The notes under the pieces were generated by a model. The model had not been told where the DNA came from. It did not search any database and saw nothing but the letters and a program-made list of their open reading frames with translations. Below, piece after piece: positions 30,420-39,232 of a DNA stretch of 64,000 bases. This stretch comes from Cyanobacteria bacterium P01_D01_bin.156. GTDB taxonomy: Bacteria; Cyanobacteriota; Cyanobacteriia; Phormidesmidales; Phormidesmidaceae. The first letter of the stretch is position 1. The number at the start of each line of letters is the position of its first letter. The position numbers and the translations under genes were made by a program. The stretch lies in NCBI GenBank assembly GCA_039024555.1, contig JBCCQQ010000001.1, positions 128,001-192,000 of the forward strand, written 5' to 3'.

Positions 30420-30829
30420 AAAAGTGCATTTGTGTTCTTAGTTTTTGGACTAAATTTTGAACCCTTGAGCAAGCACCCTATGCTCTTAGGTATAAATTTT
30501 TATAACAAAAATAGGTCTGAAACCTTACTGCTTCCGTTAGAGCACATACATAGTTATGTAAACGATCTACGCTCCAAACGATTGACGTGTAAAGCATACT
30601 GGACGTGATCTTAACAACTCACTTGTTGGCAGTGACTGGTTCAAGTTGTCAAAATCACTGTCTACAAAGACACTAAGGAAACGAGCAACAAGCACTTCAA
30701 ATTCGCTACACTGAGACTTCATACCTGGTCAAAGGCAAGGATTATTGCTAACTCTGTTGTAACCAGCACCATGGCTAAGGTTTGGGTATATTAATATCAT
30801 GCAACCATGCAATAGTTTAAGCTCCACCT

Positions 30830-31555
30830 ATGGCTGAGCCCTCTGCCCGTCCCCGGTCTCCTTACACCAGTCAGGCAGCTCAAGACCTAAAAGACGTTTT
30901 TCAAAGAATTACTGAACAGAGCTGTCCTTATCAGTACAACTTTCACATGCACACCCATTGCTCTGATGGGAAGCTGAGCCCTGGTGCATTGATGGAAGAA
31001 GCATGTGCTCTCAAGTTAAAAGGATTTGCCATCACCGATCACCATACAATTCAGGGCTACCAAAATGCTTGCCAATGGATAGAAAACTGGCGTTGGACCC
31101 ATCCTTCTAACTGGTCATCCAGTCAGTCGCGAAATAGTTTACCCAGACTATGGTGTGGTGTAGAAATTACAGCCGATCTGTTAGGAGTAGATGTCCACAT
31201 CTTAGGATACGCATTTCAGCCAGACCATGTAGCGATCAAACCCTACTTGCAAGGGGGGGCTCCTAGCGGTAAAGATCGCCAGTCAAAGCTTGTGATTCAG
31301 GCTATTCAATCGGCAGGTGGCATTGCTATATTGGCCCACCCAGCCAGATATCGACGTTCTCCCGAAGAATTAATTCCCGCCGTTGCGGCCCTGGGAATTG
31401 ATGGTGTTGAGACCTTCTATGCCTATGATCATCCTCCAGAGTGGCGACCTACCCCTGGGAAAACAGAACGGGTTCAAGCATTAGCCTATGCGCACGAGCT
31501 GCTAAGCACTTGCGGCACTGACAGCCATGGACTCACTCTAATTCGGCGGATTTGA
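30830..31555 (+). CDS. PHP-domain metal-dependent phosphoesterase
   Basis: HMHTHCSDG, ITDHHT, GVEI, HILGY, LAHP and GTDSHG motifs. Confidence 0.92.
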   Translation: MAEPSARPRSPYTSQAAQDLKDVFQRITEQSCPYQYNFHMHTHCSDGKLSPGALMEEACALKLKGFAITDHHTIQGYQNACQWIENWRWTHPSNWSSSQSRNSLPRLWCGVEITADLLGVDVHILGYAFQPDHVAIKPYLQGGAPSGKDRQSKLVIQAIQSAGGIAILAHPARYRRSPEELIPAVAALGIDGVETFYAYDHPPEWRPTPGKTERVQALAYAHELLSTCGTDSHGLTLIRRI

Positions 31556-31710
31556 GATTAAGGCAGTTACGCCTATGTCGCTCAAAGTTAGAACCTTGCT
31601 AGGGAGTCTTAACGATACTTGGCGCATACAGTTCAGGCTATACGTGAGCGCTGGAAGCTTAAATTGCCAACAGCTACATTCAGCAGTTGGCTATACCGAA
31701 GGAAATCAAC

Positions 31711-32916
31711 TCACTCTTCACTAGGTGGTTCATCAGCTGTCTCATCAGTCAATGATTCCTGGGTTTGAGCTGTCTCTAAAATGTCATCGCCTGTCTTACA
31801 GGCATCAGAATCGTAGGCCACCAGAAGGTCGAAAAGATAGCGAGTAGATGTTTCAGATTCAGGATATTCACCCTCCAGCAATGACTCCAGAGCAGACTGA
31901 TTGATATGTTCGTAGCCCGTACTACGCAACACAACAGAATTGCTGGCAGTGCCATCTGGAGCCACTAAGATGCCAATCTCACCAGTTGTCGGTGGCTGCG
32001 CTACACATAGACTAAAGCCTGATTCAACGATCAGTTCCAATTTTTCAGCAGTTTCTACAGAACCTTCAACAGCCTCATTAATCTCGGTTTCCCAAGCTGC
32101 ATAATTTTCCTCTACTTCTTCTTGACTCGTATCTTCATCTACATATTGAAACTTAGCTTGGAGCCTAGCCAACCGGGAGAGCTGTTCCTCTGGAACTGAA
32201 TTGACAGCTACATTATCGGTTTCCGAGCTAGCTGACTGTTCCGGTAATTCAGAAAGTCCCGGTACACTTTCATCACCGCCGGGTTGCTCAGCCACCTGTT
32301 GTTCTTCAAGCTGTTGCTGTCGTTTGAGAATTTCTTCGTCCGTCAAATCTGAACGACCGACAGAAGGAGGAACTGGAATATTGGTAACAGGCGTATTTCG
32401 ACGTTCACTACTCTGGGCTGAGCGAGAGGGGGTATTGGTAATGGGTAATCGTGGCCTAGGAATGTAGGGATTACGAAAAGGTCGGTTACGGTTTAAGCGA
32501 CTGTTGGAATTCAACCGACTCGTAGAACCAATAGATGGGAGTGTGGAAAGACGACTGCTAGGGCTACTAAAGAGTGGGGATTTAGGCAGTGTTGGTAGAC
32601 TTCTGGGAGATGTGGGAGTTGTAATCCGAGGAATCGAAGGCAATTTTGGCTGATTAAAGTTGGGTAACCGGCCCTGCTCAGCAGGGGACAGGGTCACTAG
32701 AGGCACAGTGCGCGTTTCTTCAGAAATATTATCGTCGCTAAAAGCTGCAAAAGATGCAGAGGAAAATCTAGGAATTGCAGCAAAAAGCACCCCATGGAAG
32801 CTTAACGAAGCGATCGCAGCAACACCATAGGGGCTCGTGAGTATCTCTTTCAAATAGTTGAAGGCTTTTTTCGACGGCGATACATTTTGGGAAGATGGCT
32901 CAGAGGATTTCAACAT
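31711..32916 (-). CDS. TonB-like protein
   Basis: N-terminal TM with S-x-x-x-H (SLSFH); Pro/Ser-rich spacer; C-terminal ILVAPDG...VLRSTGY segment resembling TonB_C. Confidence 0.6.
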   Translation of the reverse strand: MLKSSEPSSQNVSPSKKAFNYLKEILTSPYGVAAIASLSFHGVLFAAIPRFSSASFAAFSDDNISEETRTVPLVTLSPAEQGRLPNFNQPKLPSIPRITTPTSPRSLPTLPKSPLFSSPSSRLSTLPSIGSTSRLNSNSRLNRNRPFRNPYIPRPRLPITNTPSRSAQSSERRNTPVTNIPVPPSVGRSDLTDEEILKRQQQLEEQQVAEQPGGDESVPGLSELPEQSASSETDNVAVNSVPEEQLSRLARLQAKFQYVDEDTSQEEVEENYAAWETEINEAVEGSVETAEKLELIVESGFSLCVAQPPTTGEIGILVAPDGTASNSVVLRSTGYEHINQSALESLLEGEYPESETSTRYLFDLLVAYDSDACKTGDDILETAQTQESLTDETADEPPSEE

Positions 32917-33160
32917 AAAAAATTGCAGGCACTACTTTTAAGTGCACGATCGTGAACGATAAATCAGAACGTCACTAACAGGAATTCAACGGTCCATGCC
33001 GACTAATGCTTGAGCACATACAGCGGCACACAAACCCTTAATAGTCAGCCTTTAACTAGTACTCAGCTTGGTCATCACACTTTAGCCTAGCAATGTGTCT
33101 AGCATAGACAATTTAGGCTAACGCGTGACTACTTTCATCAAGGAGGGAACTGCGATCGCG

Positions 33161-35128
33161 CTAGGATGGCTGCAAATCTCCGGGCGATTCCCCCGTTCCC
33201 TCTTGTTTTTCTGATTTAAGTTCAGAGGACTTAGACTCTGACTCCCCAGTATTTTCTGGAGGATCCACAGGAGGCAAGGTATCGCTAACTAGACGACCGG
33301 TTCGCTTCCCACCTGATAATCGCTTCAATAACTGCGGAGTGGGGTCATGTATTAAGTAAGTAACCCGATCACCTGGTTGCCAAATACCTGGCCCCAAAAC
33401 CACATCCAGCTTTCCATTACGCTGTAAGGTAATGGGCAACAGCTCACCTCCAGCAATCAGCTTATTGAGCTGATCTCGCTGTTTATCAAAGTCATCAGCC
33501 TGGAGCTGAGTAGTACTGAGCTCAGCAGCATTATCCTTTAAATAAGTATTCCAAGTTTTAATCGCCAGAGGCGTAGATGTCACCTTGCCACCCTTACCAT
33601 TTTGCTTAGCCTCCGTTTCCTTATCACTCCGGGGCAAAACCGCCAGCACCCGAGGTGGCTGAAACTCCTCCGCAGCCCTCTCCGCCACTACCGAATTAAC
33701 TTCGCCGTTCGTTGTGAGCGCTAAAAACGTGCCGATGGAACTTAACCCAGCTTCATCTAAAAGTTCTGCATCTAAAGCACTGCTCAAGTAAACCTTCAGA
33801 CCATCTTGCCTAGCCAGTTCGCAGGCTTCCTCATCTGTATCAAACATGACTACAGATTCTCCCTGCTGGGCAAACAAACGCCCCACCAAACGCCCTACCG
33901 GATTACATCCTACAATCACCACCCCGGTGGCATCCGCTTGGGTAATCCCCAAAAACTTAGCAATGCTGCGCGCCGTCAGGCCCTGGATAAAGACCGTCAT
34001 AATGATGGTCAAAAACACCAGCGCTTTAATGGAGTCACCACCGTTAATGCCACGCTCAGTCAACAAAATTGCAAACAATGAAGCAACTGAGGCTGACACA
34101 ATTCCCCTAGGCGCAATCCAGCTTAGAAAAAGTTTTTGCCGCCAATTCAGATCACTATTCAGTGTGCAGGCATAAATATTTAAAGGGCGGACTAGCAGCA
34201 TCAGAGCCAGCACCGTAAATACGGAGCCTATCCCCAAGGCAAAGACACTGTCTATGGATAGGTCTGCTGCCAACAAAATAAACAGCACAGACACTGAAAA
34301 TACCGTCAGCTGTCCCTTAAAGCGCAGCAGCAAGCGCTCATCAGGTACGGAGAACGCTCTCAATACCAACCCTGCTGTTACTGCCGCCATTAGCCCTGAT
34401 TCACTACGAACCTCTTGGGCTAATCCAAACAAGCCCCACACACTGGCCAAAACCACCAGATTTCGGAGTTCCTCAGATAAAAAGTCAGCCTGTTTGAGAA
34501 ACTGCCCCAGCAGGGCACCGCCAATGCCACCAATGACTGCACCAATACTCAAACGTTGGGCCAGGCCACCCACAATAAATCCCACATCGGTATCACCGTT
34601 GAGCAAAATATCTAGCACGACAACCGCCAGAATTGCCCCAACCGGGTCAATTAAAACCCCTTCACCTTCCAAGATGGTGGCTACCTTTTTTTCCACCTGT
34701 ACCTGACGGAGCAGAGGCGTAATTACCGTTGGCCCAGTAACCACAACCAGAGAGCCATATAGAAACGCTAACGGCCAGGGAAATTCTCCAAACCAGTGAG
34801 CGGCCATACCGCCACCGAGCAGCGTAATAAACGTGCCAATGGTAATGAGATTTCGTAAACTACCAGAAACCTGGCCCAACTCCTTTAACTCTAGGTTTAG
34901 TCCACCTTCAAATAAAATAAGTGCAACGCAGAGAGATACGATTACCTCCAGTCCTGTGCCAAGCAACTTGGGCTCAATGACTCCCAGAAAGTCAGGCCCC
35001 AGAAATACGCCTAAAATGAGCAAGAAAATAATGCTTGGCAACCGCAAGTATTCGGCAATTACCTGGGCTGTAATACCAGCTAAGACTGCCAAGACTATCT
35101 GCAGAGTGATATCAAACGGGGTTGCCAT
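33161..35128 (-). CDS. Cation:proton antiporter (CPA1, NhaP-like) with a TrkA-N domain
   Basis: LILFEGGL, VTGPTV, EGEGVLIDP and WIAPRGIV motifs, then VVIVGCNPVG. Confidence 0.92.
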   Translation of the reverse strand: MATPFDITLQIVLAVLAGITAQVIAEYLRLPSIIFLLILGVFLGPDFLGVIEPKLLGTGLEVIVSLCVALILFEGGLNLELKELGQVSGSLRNLITIGTFITLLGGGMAAHWFGEFPWPLAFLYGSLVVVTGPTVITPLLRQVQVEKKVATILEGEGVLIDPVGAILAVVVLDILLNGDTDVGFIVGGLAQRLSIGAVIGGIGGALLGQFLKQADFLSEELRNLVVLASVWGLFGLAQEVRSESGLMAAVTAGLVLRAFSVPDERLLLRFKGQLTVFSVSVLFILLAADLSIDSVFALGIGSVFTVLALMLLVRPLNIYACTLNSDLNWRQKLFLSWIAPRGIVSASVASLFAILLTERGINGGDSIKALVFLTIIMTVFIQGLTARSIAKFLGITQADATGVVIVGCNPVGRLVGRLFAQQGESVVMFDTDEEACELARQDGLKVYLSSALDAELLDEAGLSSIGTFLALTTNGEVNSVVAERAAEEFQPPRVLAVLPRSDKETEAKQNGKGGKVTSTPLAIKTWNTYLKDNAAELSTTQLQADDFDKQRDQLNKLIAGGELLPITLQRNGKLDVVLGPGIWQPGDRVTYLIHDPTPQLLKRLSGGKRTGRLVSDTLPPVDPPENTGESESKSSELKSEKQEGTGESPGDLQPS

Positions 35129-35412
35129 CGGTGGTGTTATGGCGACTGCTTCGCAGGCAGGACCTAGAAAAACAAGACTGGCTGGATGTTCTGAACAAGA
35201 ATGACAATGGAAATCAGGACCAGTCCTACAAAGGTATTAGCTAGATCCAAATCGTATCGCAGCTAATGAATTGAAATGAACTGAATGCCTTAACGCATCT
35301 AGCCTTAGACAGGCGAAATCATATCTATAGCAGCACGACCAAACTTCTAGCCTAACATCTTATGTTGGCCAGGAAACGCTGGCAACTCTGGCAAGTGAAC
35401 CCGAACAAACGC

Positions 35413-35523
35413 AAAAAAAAGGGTGGACTAACGCCACCCAAGTCACAGGAGTTATAAGGAGATACGACAATCCGACCGCCGGTACTCTACCAAGGCCGTA
35501 ATGTCATGGTGGGATTAACCCAC
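35413..35523 (-). ncRNA. Candidate ~111-nt structured small RNA (or attenuated leader)
   Basis: -10 TAATAT at 35535-35530; 5' hairpin GUGGG-uuaau-CCCAC starts 7 nt later; long central hairpin; CU-rich linker; GGGUGG/CCACCC terminator with U8. Confidence 0.7.
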
Positions 35524-35562
35524 GCCTTTATATTAGTGGGAGTTTTTTGAAAACGGTGTTTT

Positions 35563-35606
35563 TATAGAACTTCTATAGGATTTTTTTTTCTATAGATAGT
35601 ATTGAT
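35563..35606. promoter_or_regulatory. Repeated ATAG/CTAT half-sites, possible LysR-type regulator site
   Basis: tatagaacttctataggatttttttttctatagatagtattgat, about 40-83 nt upstream of the predicted RNA start. Confidence 0.4.
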
Positions 35607-35733
35607 GCAAAACAACGTTGCAGTGTGTATCAACCCTGAAAACCATCTTAATAATCGGACGCATTTCCTACAGAAGTCGCTACTTTGGATTTAAGAAAGA
35701 ATATTAGTAAGCTGCCCTTTATCTTCAAGTCTC

Positions 35734-36159
35734 GTGCTGCGTCATCGTAACCTACTAAAGCACCAATTTTTGCACTCTCAAAAGATCGTGCAAAAGATTG
35801 ATTTAGGTGAAGTTTACCCGTGTCCGGTATGCCGTCATCGAAGTAAGATTCAGAGCATTACACTGACCGAAGCATTTGGCTGCGATCGCTGCCAACAAAT
35901 TTATGTTATTCGTGATAGCGGACTAGGTTTGGAACAGCTTTCAAGTGTCCACCCGTATCGCCGTCTTTGGCGATGGACTGGTAGCCAGTGGAAACAGTAC
36001 AGTAAGATTCCAGCCTCTGGATGGCTAATTTTGCTAGCCGTCATTGCCATCTTGTTTGCAATCCTAGGGCTCTGGTTTCTGCTGCCTATTCCTTTTAGGA
36101 TTTTGGCAGTGGTAGCAGCCAGCCTAGCGGGTTGGTCAATTTTGACCTCACGCCACTAG
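35734..36159 (+). CDS. Hypothetical protein: CxxC...CxxC zinc ribbon plus C-terminal TMs
   Basis: YPCPVCR...EAFGCDRCQQ, WRWTGSQW; true start may be the later GTG (VQKIDL). Confidence 0.75.
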   Translation: MLRHRNLLKHQFLHSQKIVQKIDLGEVYPCPVCRHRSKIQSITLTEAFGCDRCQQIYVIRDSGLGLEQLSSVHPYRRLWRWTGSQWKQYSKIPASGWLILLAVIAILFAILGLWFLLPIPFRILAVVAASLAGWSILTSRH

Positions 36160-36209
36160 GCTTTTGATACGCCGGACAAATTACCGAGCCTGCTCAAAGC
36201 TACATGCGC

Positions 36210-37052
36210 TTAAGAAGACAGCAACGCGGTTTGCATATCCTGCTGTTTAGGGAGCTTCACCCTAGTAGCCAAACCAAGCTTAGACAGCAACTGAATAGTC
36301 ATCCACGTCATATCAATTTCCCACCATTTCAAACCATGGCGAGCCGAAAACTGGAACGCATGGTGGTTGTTGTGCCAGCCCTCGCCATAGGTAACTACAG
36401 CAACCCACCAGCAGTTAGTTGAATAGTCACCAGACTTGTAAGTACGGTAGCCAAACTTATGAGTTGCACTATTTACAAACCAGGTGCAGTGATAAACCGC
36501 TACCAAACGAACAAAAATTCCCCACAGCACGTAGGACCAACCGCCAACAGCGTAAAGCAGTAGACCTAAAGCAATCTGCATCAGCAAAAAATACTTTTCA
36601 CAGAACAGATAAAAAGGGTCATTGGCAATATCTTTTGTCAATCGGGGTACATCTCCATCTGCAGGGACCTCATAAAAGATCCAACCCATATGACTCCACC
36701 AGAAACCTTTAGTAGAACTATGGTGATCTACGGGTTGATCAGAATGAGCATGGTGATGACGGTGTAACCCAATCCACTCAATGGGACCATGCTGACACGC
36801 CAGACTGCCGCAAAACACAAAGAAATACTCGAGCCACTTAGGCACCGTAAAACTACGATGGGCCACTAACCGATGCCACCCCAAGGTGATGCCCAAACAA
36901 CCAGTCAACCAGTGTAAAAAGACCGCTACGCCTAATGCGCTCCAGCTAAAATTTGCAGGTAAAAATGCTAGTAGAGTGATTAAATGAACGGCCACCATAA
37001 AGACGGCTGTAGGCCAATTAATAGGGGGCTTTGAAACGTTTGCAACAGTCAT
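36210..37052 (-). CDS. desC: Acyl-lipid delta-9 desaturase
   Basis: His boxes HRLVAH, HRHHH and GEGWHNNHH. Confidence 0.93.
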   Translation of the reverse strand: MTVANVSKPPINWPTAVFMVAVHLITLLAFLPANFSWSALGVAVFLHWLTGCLGITLGWHRLVAHRSFTVPKWLEYFFVFCGSLACQHGPIEWIGLHRHHHAHSDQPVDHHSSTKGFWWSHMGWIFYEVPADGDVPRLTKDIANDPFYLFCEKYFLLMQIALGLLLYAVGGWSYVLWGIFVRLVAVYHCTWFVNSATHKFGYRTYKSGDYSTNCWWVAVVTYGEGWHNNHHAFQFSARHGLKWWEIDMTWMTIQLLSKLGLATRVKLPKQQDMQTALLSS

Positions 37053-37127
37053 GTAAAAATCTCAGCGTTAACGTAGGGGCCAACTTGCGTCACAATTAGA
37101 GCCCGCGTCATTAGCCCAGGAAAGCGA

Positions 37128-38375
37128 GTGAGTAGCCTGAAGACAGAGCAGCCAACAGAACAAGCACTATTTTCGATTCTTTACGCAATTGACTCCCAGG
37201 TCAAGGTAAATATCGACCGAGTCCTGCGCGCATTTCGTGCTAGTAGGGTAGGAACGCACCATTTTTCTGGGGTTTCAGGCTATGGTCACGATGATCTAGG
37301 GCGGGAAACCCTGGATCGCGTTTTTGCGACCTTAGTAAATGCAGAAGCAGCAGCAGTACGGGTGCAGTTTGTGTCCGGCACCCATGCCATTACCTGTGCA
37401 TTATTTGGTGTACTGCGTCCGGGGGATGAACTGCTGGCAGTCACCGGTGTCCCCTATGACACCCTAGAAGAAGTCATTGGCGTCCGTGGACATGGGCAAG
37501 GCTCCCTCAAAGACTTTGGTGTGAGTTATCGTGAGCTACCGCTGACGATAACTCACACCGTAGATTGGGAAGCCCTTAAAACAGCCATTCGGCCCCATAC
37601 AAAAATGGTGCTAATCCAGCGTTCTTGCGGTTATAGCTGGCGTTCTAGCCTCACGGTGGATGAGATTGGCCGGATTGTACAATCTGTGAAAGCGCAAAAC
37701 CCGGATACGGTTTGCTTTGTCGATAACTGCTACGGGGAGTTTGTCGAAACCTGTGAGCCCACTGCTGTGGGAGCAGACCTCATGGCAGGTTCCCTGATTA
37801 AAAATCCTGGGGGTACCATCGTGACTACTGGTGGCTACGTAGCAGGTCGCGCCGATTTAGTAGAAGCTGCCACCTGTCGTTTAACCTCGCCGGGCATTGG
37901 TAGCTCTGGTGGCTCTACACTGAACCAAAATCGGCTACTGTTCCAGGGACTATTTTTAGCACCCCAAATGGTGGGAGAAGCACTCAAGGGTAATTACCTA
38001 TTGGCCAAGACCTTTAGCGAACTTGGCTATGCTGTGAATCCGGCCATAGATGCGCCGCAACGAGACGTGATTCAGGCAATTCGTTTAGAAGATCCCGACA
38101 AACTAATCGCCTTTTGTCGTGCCGTGCAGCAACATTCCCCCATCGAAGCTTATGTGGATCCAGTCCCCGCAGCCATGCCAGGATATGAAAGCCAGCTCGT
38201 TATGGCTGGCGGCACATTTGTTGATGGCAGCACTTCAGAACTATCCGCCGATGGCCCGCTCAGAGAACCCTATGTAGTCTATTGTCAAGGCGGTACCCAC
38301 TGGACGCATGTTGCGATCGCAGCCGAGGCCGCCGCCCAAGCCATTGGACCAGCAGGCAGGGAATTCGGAATTTAG
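37128..38375 (+). CDS. PLP-dependent methionine gamma-lyase / aluminium-resistance (YnbB-like) family protein
   Basis: GYGHDDLGR, FVSGTHAI, QRSCGYSWR, DNCYGEFVE and GSLIKNPGG motifs. Confidence 0.9.
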   Translation: MSSLKTEQPTEQALFSILYAIDSQVKVNIDRVLRAFRASRVGTHHFSGVSGYGHDDLGRETLDRVFATLVNAEAAAVRVQFVSGTHAITCALFGVLRPGDELLAVTGVPYDTLEEVIGVRGHGQGSLKDFGVSYRELPLTITHTVDWEALKTAIRPHTKMVLIQRSCGYSWRSSLTVDEIGRIVQSVKAQNPDTVCFVDNCYGEFVETCEPTAVGADLMAGSLIKNPGGTIVTTGGYVAGRADLVEAATCRLTSPGIGSSGGSTLNQNRLLFQGLFLAPQMVGEALKGNYLLAKTFSELGYAVNPAIDAPQRDVIQAIRLEDPDKLIAFCRAVQQHSPIEAYVDPVPAAMPGYESQLVMAGGTFVDGSTSELSADGPLREPYVVYCQGGTHWTHVAIAAEAAAQAIGPAGREFGI

Positions 38376-38440
38376 AAGTCTGAATTCCGAAATTGGCATT
38401 CTCCCTTTTCAGAATTCAGACTTCCGAATTCCGAATTTTC
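38359..38440. repeat. Heptameric tandem repeats in inverted arrangement, copy 4
   Basis: gggaattcggaatttagaagtctgaattc ... gaattcagacttccgaattccgaatttt; overlaps the stop codon of the upstream gene. Confidence 0.8.
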
Positions 38441-38491
38441 TGAGTAGACGGTTAAAATGAATACAATTACCGACCATTCCACTCGCCCCAA

Positions 38492-39136
38492 ATGATTACC
38501 GTTGCACTACCCAAGGGCTCATTGCTCAAAGACAGTATTGCCCTATTGCAGGGGGCTGGTCTAGACTTTAGCGGCTTTCTAGATAAGAGCAACCGCCAGT
38601 TGCAGATTGAAGAAAGCACCGGTCGTGCCAAGGGTTTACTGGTGAGAGCTCAGGATGTGCCAGTTTACGTAGAATACGGCCAGGCCCAGCTCGGCATCGT
38701 CGGCTACGACGTGCTCTACGAAAAAGAACCCAAGGTAGCTCAGCTGGCGGACCTGAACTTTGGCGATTGTCGCTTTTCCGTTGCGGTTAAAAAAGATGGT
38801 CCCTATCGGTCTGCCCTCGATTTGCCCCCCCACTGCCGTGTAGCATCCAAATTTGTTAATTCTGCCCGACGCTATTTTCAGAGTATTGATTTACCCGTGG
38901 AGATTATTCCCCTCTACGGCTCTGTGGAACTAGGACCTATTACAGGGATGTCTGAAGCCATCGTGGATTTGGTGTCCACTGGGCGTACTCTAAAAGAAAA
39001 CAATCTGATGGAACTGGACGTTCTATTTGAAAGCACAGCACGGCTGGTGGCACATCCATTAAGTTATCGGTTAAATGTAGATAACCTCAGCGAGTATGTT
39101 GATTTGATTTGTCAACAGGTGACAGTGCCCGCTTAA
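38492..39136 (+). CDS. hisG: ATP phosphoribosyltransferase, short form
   Basis: [25 protein letters not shown] and [11 protein letters not shown] motifs; 214 aa. Confidence 0.96.
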   Translation: MITVALPKGSLLKDSIALLQGAGLDFSGFLDKSNRQLQIEESTGRAKGLLVRAQDVPVYVEYGQAQLGIVGYDVLYEKEPKVAQLADLNFGDCRFSVAVKKDGPYRSALDLPPHCRVASKFVNSARRYFQSIDLPVEIIPLYGSVELGPITGMSEAIVDLVSTGRTLKENNLMELDVLFESTARLVAHPLSYRLNVDNLSEYVDLICQQVTVPA

Positions 39137-39153
39137 AACAAGTCTCTAATTAG

Positions 39154-39193
39154 CAGAGAGAATCGAAAAGTCTGATCTTTTCGATTCTCTCTG
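39154..39193. repeat. 17-bp perfect hairpin after hisG (terminator or stability element)
   Basis: cagagagaatcgaaaag-tctgat-cttttcgattctctctg. Confidence 0.75.
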
Positions 39194-39232
39194 TAGTTTT
39201 CAAAAAATTGAGCCCACCTCTTCTCTATCTTC

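Noticed and set aside
30297..30608. 103-aa ORF with repeated FST/FP motifs
   Set aside because: The peptide repeats are just the translated TTTTCCACA boxes; no RBS or protein-like features
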